From: Haplodiscus bocki | Lineage: Eukaryota | DNA length: 64,000 nucleotides | Reading direction: 5' to 3' | Assembly: GCA_965655095.1 (NCBI GenBank) | Contig: OZ296648.1 | Span: 115,010,001 to 115,074,000, forward strand | Shown here: positions 12,021-25,941 of the stretch, one piece after another | Position numbering within the stretch: position 1 is the stretch's first letter | How the letters are laid out: each line of letters starts with the position of its first letter | The notes under the pieces: model-generated | Told to the model about the DNA's origin: nothing | Databases searched by the model: none | The model's input: the letters and a program-made list of their open reading frames with translations, nothing else | Translations under genes and position numbers: made by a program

Positions 12021-15000
12021 TAAATAACAATATAAACACATACCCTCCATTTTCTTACCAAATTAAAGATTTGTAAACCTATTCTCTCGAATCTTTACTA
12101 TTTTGACCTGAGGTAACAAAAACATTGTTACGACGGGAACCCAATCAGTCCAGATAGTTTCCAACTTGCAACGGCCCAAAATGTACCAACTCGAAACACA
12201 GTAATAGTAACTCCAGTATGTTTTTTTTTCAATCCAAAGATACCACAATTTAGAATAAATATCAAGCAAATAGCACAATCGATCATTTCAGCTGGATATT
12301 AATATCATAATATTCTGCTTTTGAAAACATTTTGGTATACTAAATACTAAATTTTGGTATACTATGACAAAGTTCTGCCCCACATGTTTTTGAAAACCAA
12401 GCAAATCTGTTAGTTCACACGGTTTTTAAAACGTCAGAAATAGCCATCTTGTTTCACGCTCAGACTAAAAATGAGCGGTCAATTTACATACTAAAACATT
12501 AGAGTATCTTGGAAAATATTCGGCTCAAAAGAGTGCACTGTATCAAGTTTATTTTGCTTTGAGACGCGACCGTGTGTTCCCAAAAAATATCCAACTTTTG
12601 AATGGCTTCACAGTTAGATCAAATTCACCATCACAATCAAATTCAATCATTCAAAAACATAGTTGAACACTATAAAGGTTTTTACAATGTGTTTGTAGTC
12701 TTTCATATGCACCAAATAGTAGCTTTTCAGAGCAAATACAGCTGCAGCGACTAAATTTATGAGCAATTTTTCATTTAAACTGTCATGCTTATGAATTTTA
12801 CATCAATTTCCTTGATAACTAGCTATTGAGGCACTTATACATTCCAATTATCTCCCTCAATCAAGTGATGAAAAGTTAATTTTACAAAAAAGATTTGCAA
12901 ACGAGGCTCCCCATTTCTAGGATGCTATGAAATTACAGACAAAAATAGGGTCTGATAAAAAGCGTACCTCAATTCAATATCTTGAATTCAGAAAGAAAAT
13001 AAGTATATGTAAACTATATCTAAACGGTGCCTAATTCCTTTTGATAACATTATGTATGAACAAAACATACAAATATTATACATACTTGTGTCATACTGGT
13101 GTCATACAAATATTAATTCCAGGATAGCATGACATAGTTCTCATTCTACACAGAGGCGAAGCTGCACATCGCATACACTTGCGACGAAGGTGAGCAAGGA
13201 CATCGACTAATTTCCAACCGACGAATGGTTCAATTGATTGTCGTTTTCAAAATGAAAAATTTACAAAAACTGATTACACAGAGAAGGAGTTTGAAAAAAT
13301 ATCTAAAAGTAGGAAATTCCTGCACCTCCGCCGAATTCCAAGATTGTGGGCTTTGAAAAAAAACTGGATGGCCGCAAGCCAACCAGTAGTCTTCAAGAAA
13401 ATCAAATTCAGGAGGGACGCAAAAAATGAACATAACTGTTGGCGCCTCAAACCTACATAGGTTTTATAAAAATACCCGTGATAATCTGGTCAATCCAACA
13501 TCAACTGGAAGATCAACCATGCTAGTAATCAATGTCATTGGTGCTTTCTGATTATCTACCTCTTATGTGAACAAACCCGCTAAATTACATCGGAACTAAC
13601 AAACTAATTTTGGCAAAATAATATTCATTCAACGTGCTTCGGAGCTTATCTCTTCCAACTGTAGTGGCAGTACATACCTCCATCCCTAAAAATACAACTT
13701 ACCATTAAACTTATCAATTGGAATGTAGTGAACTCGAGACAGATTTAATCTTGACATCTGTGAAGTTTATGAACTGAGTCAAAATTTCTAAATTGGAGAA
13801 GCAAATTTGGTGCTCGGACGATAGGTGTTTAATAACGAGACAATTTTTATTCAATATTTTCTTCATACACGAAATAGGAGCAGATCCTTAATTTCAGAAG
13901 AAATTGATATCACTAGAGTGCTTCGTTGGAGAGGAGCTAATTCCACAAAAACTGAAGTTATCAACACATGGGAGTAGTTACAAACAATTCCATCAAAAAA
14001 AATCATAATACAGTCCTTTCATCAGAAACTGACATAGAGTTGATCCCAAGCAGTACGAACCAGCGCCGGCGTAAGAATTGGATTTACCTTCGAGTGCCGT
14101 TATAAAATTCGAAGTCAAACAAGACAAAAACTCGCATCAAGGTATGGAACGCCACATCTCGCCAACTCCACATGTTCCAAAAATAGCAGGTTTTTCAAAG
14201 AGCCCTGGATACCGCAATCCAAGCATTAAACTTTCAGAGAAAACACTTTCAAGAAGGAAGCAAACTGAAAGTTTTTCAAATTTCGAAAAAGAATTGAAGA
14301 AACTCCGCTCAAAAAGTAAGAAACGTGACATCCCTGCTTCTCTGAGGATTCAAACTAATGCGTGTTTTTCAATGAGAGTTGGATATTTAAAATCGGAAGA
14401 AGATGCTAGTACTCGTTAAAAGATTCTAACAAAAAACAGTTAAATTGTCTTCGACGTTCCAAACCCAAATTAGGATACTTCGCGGAAAAAAGTTGGAAAC
14501 AAACAATCCCATCATCTTGTCGGAGGAATCATTCTGTAGCGAGTGGTTGAATTAGGACCTTATGGGCCTGATCCGTATAGTAAAGAGAAAAAAACTTCAA
14601 ACGACCGCCGTAATTAGAAAACAAAATAAGATAATTCGCATTTAGCCAGAAAAGTTGAAAAAAACATTCAGTTGCTCCCTGCAAGCTGCCAGCAACGGAA
14701 TGAAATCCAAATAGACCAAAGCCGGCCAGTAGTCTTCAAGAAAAACGATTTTACCGAAAGATGACGGCATAAACACATCATTGATTTTTCGCCAAGAAAA
14801 TCACGATAATTCGAATAAATGCACGAACGATTCCCCTTCCAATTCTTCCTAGACCCCAGCTTATTAGGTAGTAAAATAGGTTCAAGAGGGACGCATTATG
14901 ACGATTGTGCATGGAGAATTACGCTGTTATCGCACAAAGCCAGTAAACTCTTCATTGATTTTCCATTTACAACTCGAGGTATTTCGTGATGAAGTTACAA

Positions 15001-17096
15001 AACAAACTATCGTTCCTCCGCAGAACATATAAGGCGTCAATAGTTGAATTATCTAACGATGAATGCAGTCCGATCAATGAACTTTACACAAAACACTTTG
15101 GACGAAGAATAACAAAACGCAGTTCGACTCAAATGTAACAGAAGCAGAGCAGTGCTTCGCAGACATTCGCGAACACAAAAACAACTTAATGTAAAGTAAT
15201 TGAAATATAGCCGGCTTGATCGCTACACCAAAACTAGCAAACGTCGATCTAGAATTAGAACAAGGAAGCGACGAGGATTTTCCGATTACAAATCAAAAAC
15301 TCTGGTCCCAGAATTACGAAACGGTCCAGCCCTGCAACAGAAAGGCATCACAACGAAGCTAAAGGTCGAAATCCCGCTAGATGGGCGCATTCCAACTTAT
15401 TGTTGAGAAAAACTCAACCAGCGGCACAAGAAAAACCATCGTTAATTTTCTAATCAAATGCTTGAATTTCTTAGGAAACGACGAAGCAATTAACACCTGC
15501 TACTCCATAAGACAAGGTAGGAAGAACGTGAGTTGCCGCTGGATGGAATTGATATTACTCAACTGAAAAAAAAACAACAGGAAACGACACGGCATGAACA
15601 TATTTCTATACCAGCGGAAACGCATACTTTGTCCGCGAGAACGCGTAAGTTACGAGTTTTAAATGGATGGGAAAAGAATATGGCGACCATTCTCCATATC
15701 GTGCTAAAAAGTAAAACACAGGCAAAACTGCACTTCGAACATCTGTGAGACTATTGAGCTGACTTCAAGCAGATCGTTGAGAGATGAATCTTGCGGTCTA
15801 AAGGTTACACCAATACTATAAGAAACACGGGAATTCCTGAACTTCCGAATGAATGGCACGCAAAATAAAGTGTCCCAATTGTCATCTGAAGTTCCGCCTA
15901 ATCATTAATCGAAAAAAGGCGCGATGATGTCAATCAGATCGATACTTTCCGAGTAGAGTCCATTTGACGAACATCGCAATTTACAAATAATTTGATTTTC
16001 TAATTAGAAGTTACCAAACAAAAAAAACGAATTCCACGACTATCAGTCTCCGCTACTTCTCGGGTAATCCGGGCGAGGAGTAGTCAACACAGGGTTTGAG
16101 AGATGGAAATCGAACGACAGTCTCTAAGAAAAAGTCTATCGTTGAAATACCTGCGAGAAAATTTCGTTGTTTCCAATCAGAAGTATTTTTTTACAAACTT
16201 TGAAAAGAAACATCCCTGATACCCCGCAGAGCCTCCATTCAACGTGTTTTAGAACATGTTCAGAATACTGCCGGTGGGATGCAACCCGATTAAAAGACTC
16301 TATGAAAAACAATTTTGGAAAGAAACGCCACTGAAATTATTTTCGGCTTTTGATTTTCAAGTCAACATGAATAGAATAAAACGAAAGTGACTGTGTCTGC
16401 TACTAAGCAAAAGTGTCAATCATTGAGCTTTCGAAATCTCATTGGATGGACGAAAATCAACCAGTACTCACAGAAAATCTGTCTCAACTAAAAACACAAG
16501 TACAAAACATCATGCAGCCCGGTCAGTGGATTTTGGGCAAAACATTGTTGATTTAGAAAAAAAATTCGTACCTTTTGAAATCAGCATTTAGATGAATGGT
16601 GTACTTTCTTTTATCGCTAACGCACCAACTGAAATTCTGTTGAAAATGCGCCCTGGAAATTAAGTCACTTAAGTCACGTGAACACGTTTCTGCACTAGAA
16701 CGAAACGCACCAGGAAACTTTGGGCAGTGATATCTAAAAAAGTTACACCAATGCGATTTTGTACAGGATGAAAAAGATCGAGTCGACAACAAACTTACTT
16801 GCTCCGCTTTCTACGCTCGACTCACAAATGCATCAAAGAGACGAAGCAGTGCTTCGTAAACACTAGCGGCACAAAAATAACTTCCAGTAAACAAATATTG
16901 AAATATAACCGGCGTAAGGGTTGCAGCGAAATTAGCGAACGCAGGCAAATTTGAGACACAATATGCTATATAGTCGAAAATTAACACAGAGAAGACCCAG
17001 TCAGTCATGAAAAAAATTCCAATTTCATTTGGTTTGAGCGCATGAACTGAAATCTACTCATTAGTCTCCGAGAGCATTTCGGAAAATTGCACAGAT

Positions 17097-19101
17097 CAAT
17101 GGTGCCACTCGTAGGGAAATTCCCCTACAGAAAGGAAATTTAGCTATTTGTAGGTTGTAGGGGATACCTACGGGGAAAACTGTAAAATGTAGGTGGATTG
17201 TAGGGGGAAGGAAATATCTTTTTGAAAAGAGAATGTCTGTTCTCATTTTCTGCCAAAATACTCTTTTCCTGTGTTCTGACTATGTTACAGGTTATTGTAA
17301 CAAAATCTTTTATTTGGCTCATTTTCTGACCATATAAGGCAAAAGACGATTAACATGCCGTGAGTCATCATTATTTAGAAAATAAAAACAAATCGCGTGC
17401 GCTGATTGGTCAAGAGCTGTGCAAACACAGTAAACACATCTTTTATTTCTTAACTGTTGCGTCACTTGCATCCTACACTACAAGTTAATTTATTATATAT
17501 AGTCCAGGTGTTCCAAGTTTTTTCACTAAACTGTAGAGGGTAGCAATACTTTGAGCGGCAGTTAATCATGCCAAAAATCAACGAAAAAAAACTATCGCTG
17601 TCAAAAACATAGCAAAGAATGGGAGAAAGAAAGTTGGGCAAGTGATTGGCTGTCTGTTTCCAAACGTATACCTGGCAAAGCTTATTGTTCGCTCTGCGAC
17701 AAAGATCTTGTTGCTGGAAAATCAGAATTGATGGGCCATGCAAAATCGTCCAATCACATTCGTCAAAGCAAGAGTTCGGCAGAATGTTCCAGCATGAGAG
17801 CATTTCTAAATACAACCAAGGCATCCACAATCCAAGCCGAATTGAACACCGTTGCCTTAATTGCCAGGAAGAACACATCTTTCAATGTGCTCGACCAGCT
17901 TCTATCAACGTTGCACTACAGATTACGTCTTACGAGAATTAACTGGCTTAAACAAACTGTTCCAGTCAGACAAATTCAAGTTGCACCGATTGCTGCCTGA
18001 GGTTGAACGTGTCATTCGCATGTTTTCTCAAAACTTTATGATAAAGCCAAACAGATACATAGAATTTGCCAAGATCAACGTTGATGACGAATCAAAATGG
18101 TTCTCCATTAATGAAGTGTATCCTGCCTTCGCTGCTGCTGAGACTTTGGCAAATATGAGGCCGCATGAAAATACGTTGCCGCAACTGGTACAAGGTGGCA
18201 ATTCGCCAGATGCAGAAGCGTATTGATCTGCCTCGTCCAATCTTGGAAGCCTTCGTCGATGTTGACCACGTAGCCATAGTAAAGGGAAAGGCTGATGTGA
18301 AATCTGGTGGAGTATTGGCTTCCAAACTTCCAAGGCGACTTTCCCAATGCTGTGGTGTGCAAACCATCGACCGCCAGTGGCGTTCCCTGTTGGTAGATGA
18401 AGACGTAAAGAAGGGTGGCTGGGAAACCAGACAGTCACATGATTTCTGGAAAGCCATGGCAGACATAGAGCCATACAAGGAGTTGGCCACTTTTGTGCCA
18501 GAAATCACAGCATTACCCCAGAGCACCGCAGTAGTGGAAAGAACTTTTTCAAAGTTGAACAATAACAAAACAAAATTGAGAAATGCCTTGGGTTTTTGTA
18601 CTATGGAAGCAATTGTGAAAGTGAGCGAAGAATTTCCGAGCAACTTCGATTCAAATAAACGTCTTCCCGAGCTACATTCAAAAGCAAGAGCCAGCTATAT
18701 GAGAAAGTACACTGAGCAAGAGCGTCAGACGGTTGAAGACAACTTTTGAAATTTTAATGACTTTTTATATATCTTTTAGACTTTTACCATGATGAAGTAC
18801 TTATGAAATATGAATGGATTGTGATTAATTGGATTATGTTCTATTTTGTGCCATATAAAGTAATTATAATTTGTATTTCTAGCCAATATATTACCCCAAT
18901 TAGATTGCTAATGAAAGCTTTTTTATGTGTTTATTTAATTGAACACAGTTCACTAGTCCAAACCGACGTAGGTATATAATAGGGGGATATGTTTTTGGTA
19001 GGGGAAAAGTAGGGGAAAAAGAGGAAAACAGGCGTAGGGGGAAGTAGGTGGAAAAAGAAATTTTAGTAGGGGAAATGTGCATAAGCAGAGTGGCAGCACT
19101 G
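17097..19101 (+). mobile_element. Internally deleted hAT DNA transposon
   Basis: Imperfect TIRs CAATGGTGCCACTC (17097-17110) and GAGTGGCAGCACTG (19088-19101). Flanks GCACAGAT/CAGCAGAT form a degenerate 8-bp TSD. GTAGGGG subterminal repeats are present. Confidence 0.85.
17568..18749 (+). pseudogene. hAT transposase remnant (N-terminal zinc finger and C-terminal dimerisation domain; catalytic core largely deleted)
   Basis: WLSVSKRIPGKAYCSLCDKDLVAGKSELMGHAKSSNH is a BED-like finger. LPQSTAVVERTFSKLNNNKTKLRNAL is the hATC motif. Frameshifts separate the pieces. Confidence 0.85.
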
Positions 19102-20624
19102 CAGCAGATTTCAAGAAAAATACTGTTGACGCACAAATTGTTCACTTTTCGAGTAGGACTGAAAGCCATTCCGTGGAAAAACACAGAACCAGCAATCTCT
19201 GCAACTCTAGATAACTTCAAAGTCTGACAAATTAAAGAAAAACTAGATTGACGGAATGCAAGAGACGGTTTGCAAAAAAAAATCGGCCGAAAGATCAAAA
19301 TAAAAACTTCTTACATTTGCCAAATACAAGCTAACATAATTGCTTTAAAAAAATGACTCAGACCCTCGCTGACCTCTCCATTGATCTCCCGACAACAATC
19401 GGTGGAATCAACCAGGACTCAACAACATCTTACCAAACGCCTTCAAAAAACATTCGGTGAGGGGCACAAGTAAGGCCATCTATGGTTTCAAAATTACTAG
19501 TTGTACATTTTTCGTCACAAAACCATAAGGAACGACAACCATCCCCACTGAAAAAGAACTCTAAGTAGTGAACACTTGAAATAGCGCCGGATGCACCCAA
19601 TTCGACCAGTGTTCATAAATTACTTTCAATGAACGATAATTGAAAAAATTTGAATTCTCAAACGGAAGAACACATTATTCCCGCAAAAAGTTGAAATTAA
19701 ACATTCCCGCTGCTCAACAGAGGCTCCAAAAAACAAGTATAGTCAACGATTAATTTAATCAACACCAGATGAACCCAATCCGACCAATTGTTATTTCGAA
19801 AAACAAACTTTAGCCAAGGACACACTTTCAAAAACAAATCAAGATATATTTCCAAAAAAACATGACAAAAAGCAGTGCCAGCTGCTCATTCAAAATTACG
19901 AGCAGCGACTTTTTTAGTGAGCATTGGATGGGCCCAAGACGATCAGCTGTCTTCAAAACCACCAAACGAACTACGAAAGTGAAAACAACTTCAATTTTTC
20001 ACTTTCCAGTCCTGATTCTTGTAATAGAGCCACAAAATAGGCTCTCCAAGCTACTCCAAAGCATCTTTATAATACACATATATGATGGAAGAAATGCCAC
20101 CAATAGTAAAAAAAACTTCAACGAACATTGGAAGAAAAAACGTCTTCAAGTTTCCAATTTTAAGTCAAGAGTTCTCGCAGTAGACTTACAAAACAGACTA
20201 CCCAAGCTACTTCGCGGAGCTTAAATACCATGATTAGTTGAATCAGCACGTGAGAGACCCAATCCGATAATTGGTCACTGAGAGAAACACTTTGAACGAG
20301 CGACGCAAGTAACAGCATTGCTGATTTTCCAGTTACAAATCGAACTTTTCTTCAATTCAAGTACGTACTGCTGATCCACTTCACCATTGCAAACGAGAAA
20401 ACAAGCCCGATGTAGACCGTGAAGAATATTTTGACCGGGAACAACTCGACGTGAACGTATATTTTGCGAGTTGGCGACGCACGGAAAAAACGAAAGCCGT
20501 CCGTAACATTCACTTGGCTTGCTCGCTCGTGTGATCAAGCCAAGGAAAAAAGACAGTTGAACATATTCAATTTTTGTAAGCTATTCACAAACGGTTTGCT
20601 ATAACAAGATAGGACTAAACTTGA

Positions 20625-21601
20625 TTATTTTTCGCCGCATATGTAATATGCAAGAAAAATTATTCATGCCGTAGGGTCGTTTTTCTTTTTTTTTCAGACC
20701 AAAATTGCCAACTCTTTTTATTCAAAAAAATGACCGCAGTAGGGTTAGGACAATAAGGTTCTCAAGCAGTAGGTTCGGGGTTCGAGTATCTGTCGTGCCA
20801 AACATTTTTACAATTTATCCTTAGCATTTTTCGATAACCGAAATTAGCGAAACACTAAAGTGTTCCTTTACGAAAATTTCGGGACTGTGAGACAAAAAAA
20901 TCGACGGAAAATTTTGATTCTTCCCCCCTCCCCTCCCCCCTTATCTAAAAACTTTTTCACTATCGGAAATTTTCTGAAACACAGCACAGAAGGGTGCCTC
21001 TAAGAAATTTCTCGGCACTGGGAGCCAAAAAATTTTCGACGTAAAATCTTGACACTCTCCCCTCTCCCCCCCCCCCCCTCGGTCATCCATTAACTTTTTC
21101 GCTAACGACAATTTTTTGAAACACAGCACAGGACGGTTCTCATACGAAATTTTTCGGTACAGCGAGACAAAAAAAATCGACAGAAAATCTTGACATAACC
21201 CTGTTAAGCATAAAAATTTTCGATACCCGAAGTTAGTGAAACACTGAAGGGTTTCTTTACGAAACTTTGGCACTGTGAGACAAAAATTTTTGACAGAAAA
21301 TCGTGATACTCCCTCCCTCCCCTCACCCTCTCTTAAGCATAAAATTTTTCGATACCAGAAATTTTGTGAAACACAGAAGGGTTCCCCTACGATGTTTTTC
21401 GGCACTGAGACAAAAATTCTTCAACGGAAAATCGTGATACCCTTTTGCATAAAGTACGAAAATCAGTGGTGGAATTGATGTTTGTAAAAACTTCGAAAAC
21501 TAATTTCAAAACAGTGGTTTCGTCTTTAACCGTTTGCAAAATTGATCAAAATATTTGTAGTTGGGCGAAAAATATGCCGGTGCTAGCCGGCCGTCTTGTT
21601 T
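20625..21601 (+). mobile_element. Complete Helentron-like non-autonomous element (HINE/DINE-type), family A
   Basis: Subterminal inverted repeats TATTTTTCGCC (20626-20636) / GGCGAAAAATA (21564-21574). 5' palindrome GCATAT-GTA-ATATGC; 3' hairpin GCCGG-TGCTAG-CCGGC (21576-21591) then TCTTGTTT. T-rich junctions, no TSD, internal tandem repeats, and one tRNA-like module at ~20735-20810. Confidence 0.8.
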
Positions 21602-21959
21602 CATTATTCGCTGAGCTTATCTATCATACCGGGCTGGGAAGATTGGACCAAAAACGATATAATTTCTTTACGTGTTTCCACTGATGGAGTATAAACCAAA
21701 CTCTACTGCCCTGTATCATCTAAATATCAAACAATTGAGATTCACGAGGTCAGCCGAACAGAAATCAGCTGGTTAAGAAGTTAACCGAAAACATTACTTC
21801 GACAAAATCTAACTTTATAACTGATAAAACACGTTACAGGCATCATTGGAGTTGATTCAGTTGAGTTGATGAAGACGCATTCTGAAAGGCGGTTACGAAA
21901 TTCCTTAACTGATCATAATATTTTAATCGGTTAACCACGTCAAGCTTCACTAAACAATA

Positions 21960-22739
21960 TCAACTCATATCTAATTTAACAGTCTCTCCTGATTTGAAAG
22001 GCGGCATCCCCAAATATGGGCAAGTGCTGCACCGAAAAGCATCCCCGAGATAACAACTGCCGCAGCTGCTTTTCACGGCCGGAGCTTTTTTGCCCTCAAG
22101 TTCCTCGGCAAGTCCACAAGTGCAGTTCTTGCACGCCTTTTTCTTTCCCGAATTTGGACCACATTCAGCTTTCAAGGAATCGGCAGATGGTTTTATAAGG
22201 TCAGACTCTTTCAAAAGGGCATCGGTGTCGATTAAATCATCGTCGTCATCGTCCATATTTAACTTCCAAACTTTTGGCTTTTCTAGATTCCCCTTCAAAT
22301 TGGCCGAGAAATTCAACTTACGGGCCGCCCCAGATTGGAACTTTTTCTGAGCACGAAAAACTTTGACGGCGCCCTCTGTTTCTTTGGACTCAAGTATAGA
22401 CAGCCCTGACATCTTTGCTGTTTTCTGCATACTTTGTCCATTCAAATCAACAATACCAGCGACAAGAAATCCATCTGGTTTCAGAACTCGAGCTGAAAAG
22501 TCGGCGACATCTTCTGAAAACTGGACACTGTTGGCGGTTATGACGTAATCAAAGTGGTTGGCAGGTCTGGCAGATTGTAAAATTTGAGCAATCTGTTCAA
22601 ACGCGATGTTAGTCACATCTGGGAACTTTTTTTTCACTAGAGACAAGAGAGCTTGCAGCTGCTCTGGTGATTCGGTTCCCCATATCACGATTATGGAAGA
22701 AAAGTCGCCTTCCACTGATTCTAGAAGGTTATCAAACAT
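21960..22739 (-). CDS. CIAPIN1: Anamorsin / Dre2 (cytosolic Fe-S cluster assembly factor)
   Basis: Intronless 259-aa ORF with a degenerate methyltransferase N-domain (RVLKPDG) and an acidic linker [14 protein letters not shown]. Cys motifs are C-x9-CKNCTC and [24 protein letters not shown]. Confidence 0.97.
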   Translation of the reverse strand: MFDNLLESVEGDFSSIIVIWGTESPEQLQALLSLVKKKFPDVTNIAFEQIAQILQSARPANHFDYVITANSVQFSEDVADFSARVLKPDGFLVAGIVDLNGQSMQKTAKMSGLSILESKETEGAVKVFRAQKKFQSGAARKLNFSANLKGNLEKPKVWKLNMDDDDDDLIDTDALLKESDLIKPSADSLKAECGPNSGKKKACKNCTCGLAEELEGKKAPAVKSSCGSCYLGDAFRCSTCPYLGMPPFKSGETVKLDMS

Positions 22740-23215
22740 CTTCCAACTGAAATTTGGAGCCTAAATCAATTTCACGTAAACCGGCTGAAAATTGTGAAAA
22801 AAAAATCTGGAAACTTGAAAAGATTAGCATCCAATTGACAGATAATTGAATAAGTTGTGATCCACACGAGAGGAAAAAGTAATTGGAAACGTCCACCTGC
22901 TAAGCAAAATTAGAAGGAAAGATTGCTATTCACATCCCTGAAGTCGCAACAAAAAGCTGGTTGCAATCTTTTGAGTCATACGTCATAACTTTGGTAACGC
23001 TCGTGACAAGATTCCAGAATTTACTAAACTCGGTGAAGAAAAAATTAAAACAACTGGAATTAAGTTTTCGCTCAATGCCTGTAAAAGAGATGCTTTCTAT
23101 TTAATTACACGACGCATGTTTCATCAACAAGAGACAAAAAAATCATTGCCAACTTGCTAATCAGCTCAACAAATGCGTTTTCATCAAAATACAAAGTTTT
23201 CACACGAATCAATCA

Positions 23216-24687
23216 TCAATTAACGTTCGGTATTTGAATCAGATCAATTTGTTTGGACAGATTCTCGATACTTTGGTCAGCCCAGTTGAGAGAGTCCACG
23301 TGTGCATTCAGAATTCGTTCCAGCTGTCCAAAAGGTGACGAAATCGTAGTTTCTTCCCCATGACCCGTTGAATTAATTCTCTCAATCACTTCCCGAAGAT
23401 CTTGAGTCATTTGCTTCAGCTGACAGTCAATGTTCTCAGCTGCTGAAAAAATATCTCGCCTTTGCTCGTCCGCCGCGTCTTGAGGTTGGCTGATTGCACT
23501 GTTAGCCAGAGAACCTTCCAGATTTACAATGAATTCTTCCAGATCTTTCTGCTGGCTACCGATAAAATCCAGATCTTGATCTAAACGGTCTTGATTGGCT
23601 TTAATTTTAGCAAGTTCCTCATTCAAACTGGTAATCCTGTCTCCATTTTCGAGCACGAGTCTATCCCAGGCATTTATTTGCGTGGCCTGGGCCAAAAACT
23701 GACGTTCCAGTTCATCTAGATCGTCATTCCATTTGTTCACGTTTTCTTCAAGCTGGCGGAAGGTGATTTCATTGGCACTGGTTTGAGAAGTTGCTCCAGT
23801 TTGAGAAGCGAGAGCTGTGCTTGTAGGGGCTGTAAACGATTTGGCAGAAAACGTTAGGCCTGTAGCCGCACTAGTAGTTGTTTTATCCAAAACTGACGTT
23901 AAGCCAGTTCCAGAAGTTGAAGTCACAGTTTTGGTAGGTTGAGCCAACAGTGGTCCCAAAGCACTGCTTGAATTGTTTGCAGTGGATGGAGCCGTAGTTG
24001 CGACAGAGAGACCAGATGACAATAATGATGAGGCAGTCGTCTTCCCTGTGTTAGCAAACCCAAATCCGGAGCCAGCACTTGCTTGGGCCACGGGCGTAGA
24101 TGTGCTGGTAGAAGGAATACTGGATAAGTTACTTGCGGGTCCAGCCACTGTGGTGGCAACAGGTGCTAAATTACTTGCAACCCCTAATCCTAATCCAGCT
24201 TTCGGAGTCTCTGTAGTTCCTCCAGATAACAACCCACTTAGAATTGGAGTTCCTGATGTTGCAGTAGAAGGTGTACCCAAAGAAAATGGAGCAGTGCCTA
24301 AAGGCTGCTGTCCAAATAGATTAGCGGATGCTGCAGCTGCTACAGAGCCTGAGGTTTGCCCAATGAAATTAGCAGTTGCGAGTGACGCCACTGAACCCGC
24401 AGTTTTTCCAAAAATATTTATAGATGCTGCACCTGAAGTTTGCCCACCAAAAATGTTTCCGGGCGCTGGAGCAGCTGCTGAGCTTACAGGCGTACCAAGA
24501 AAACTAAGTGTCCCACCAACGGCCGCCGAGGCGTTAGAAACAGTTTGAGCAGTCGGCTGATTCAAGAACGATGCAGGCGCAACTGAGGCCGATGGTTTGC
24601 CAAAAAGAGAAACCGAGTTGTTCGGAGCAGCGGTGGATAATCCAAGCAGACTTCCTCCAGTTGCTGCTGTTGAATTGAACAGTCCAC
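23216..24687 (-). CDS. NUP62: Nucleoporin Nup62/Nsp1, main (last) coding exon
   Basis: FG and Ser/Thr/Ala-rich region followed by the Nsp1_C coiled coil (TFRQLEENVNKWNDDLDELERQFLAQATQINAWDRLVLENG...ILNAHVDSLNW). The frame stays open upstream of the ORF-track TTG to a phase-1 acceptor TTTGCTTTAG|GT at 24688/24687. An in-frame TGA lies just upstream and there is no ATG. Confidence 0.95.
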
Positions 24688-25532
24688 CTAAAGCAAACTT
24701 TCGTCAAAAAGATATTCAATTTTTTAATTCACGTATTTGACATCATAAAAATCATCGAATAAAAATATAGTAATCAAAAAATCTATAACAACATTGCATG
24801 GTGACCTAATCACAGAAGGCTGTGTCATCTTCAACTTGAGCCAAAGAAAATTGGTTTTCGCAAGCAGCAAACCTCTGCTAATAGTATTTGGCGCGCTGAT
24901 CTGACGTTCACTCTTAAATCATTTCTTCAAAATTCAGAAGAGTTCCTCAATGTATTTTCAAGTGCAATTCATGTCTTTTGGTAGGAAATAATTTCAATTC
25001 CTTTCATTTTCGAAAGTTTTCATGCACGTGACCATATTTAAAGAACAATATAAACTGAATTACAGGGAAATCATACTCAATCTGTCTTATTGTGCTTTCT
25101 GCCACCTGGCTGACACGAATCTCTGAATAAAGCAATACTTCATACTCATTAAGAACATTTCAGTTGAGATGCTCTTCATACGTATTGGCCAACCATTTAT
25201 AGCACGACAGGGGAGCTATATTTTATTCATACACTCACTCTTAATGTCCAATGGTGTTCGAAGTTTGGTTACACTCCGTGATTTCAAATATGCACTGCGG
25301 AATTAACAACAATAAGAGCATACAACAGTCCATAATTACAACTTATATATCCACAAAAAATGATTAACGTTTCCTTGTTTCCACCTTTTCAATTCTGGAA
25401 TGCCTGAAAATATTTCGTTTCGGTATGAATAATTGAATCGAAAAACTTGAGAACCAAAATTATTCGGATTCTTAAAACCTGGTCAGCATTTAACACGTTC
25501 AAAGCGTTGCGAAAATTCACAGCTTCAGCAAT

Positions 25533-25941
25533 ATGAAATTGAAAATACTGCCGCCATTGCCTTGCAAGGTTCGGTATTTCAAGCTGGTTCTTGCCGCGAT
25601 CGGTTTATTCTCTTCCTACCAAATTTCTTTCAAAATTATGCACCTTAATTCGCAAACCAAGCAACAACCTACAATACCAGCAGATGCCAAATTATGTGAC
25701 ACTGAATGTCAAATCTACAATGACCTTTTACACTTATTCAAAAGACACAAACCTATCATTGAGAATGTAGCCGATCAACCTATTGAAGTGCGCCATTCAA
25801 AAAGAAAAGCCAATTTGAAGAGGTTCTGCTCTTCGCCAGCGTATTATAACGCAACAAAAGTTGTGTCTTTGAGTGGAAAACGATCAGAGATAACTGAGTA
25901 CAAACCCCTCAAAGTGTTCCAATGCAGCATCCCAAACACAG
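25533..25941 (+). CDS. Carbohydrate sulfotransferase (CHST8-14/HNK-1ST family, Sulfotransfer_2), exon 1
   Basis: Type II membrane anchor (YFKLVLAAIGLFSSY), stem region, RKANLKRFC, and the 5'-PSB-like VFQCSIPNTG. Donor ACAG|GTACTT at 25941/25942 (phase 1). Confidence 0.7.

Larger units (their letters stand above)
14500..20560 (+). mobile_element. Degraded Gypsy LTR retrotransposon relic interrupted by a hAT element
   Basis: Fragmentary pol similarity to the minus-strand Gypsy at 39300-43700: the pre-RT segment continues across the hAT insertion, with RT-like pieces at 19300-19850 and an integrase-like piece at 20250-20540. No intact ORF; boundaries are approximate. Confidence 0.4.

Noticed and set aside
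479-21684. Short ORFs at 479-826, 1254-1472, 20941-21405 and 21275-21684
   Set aside because: Chance translations of family-A repeat units with no protein-family motifs.
23973-24548. 191-aa plus-strand ORF
   Set aside because: Antisense shadow of the low-complexity NUP62 FG region.
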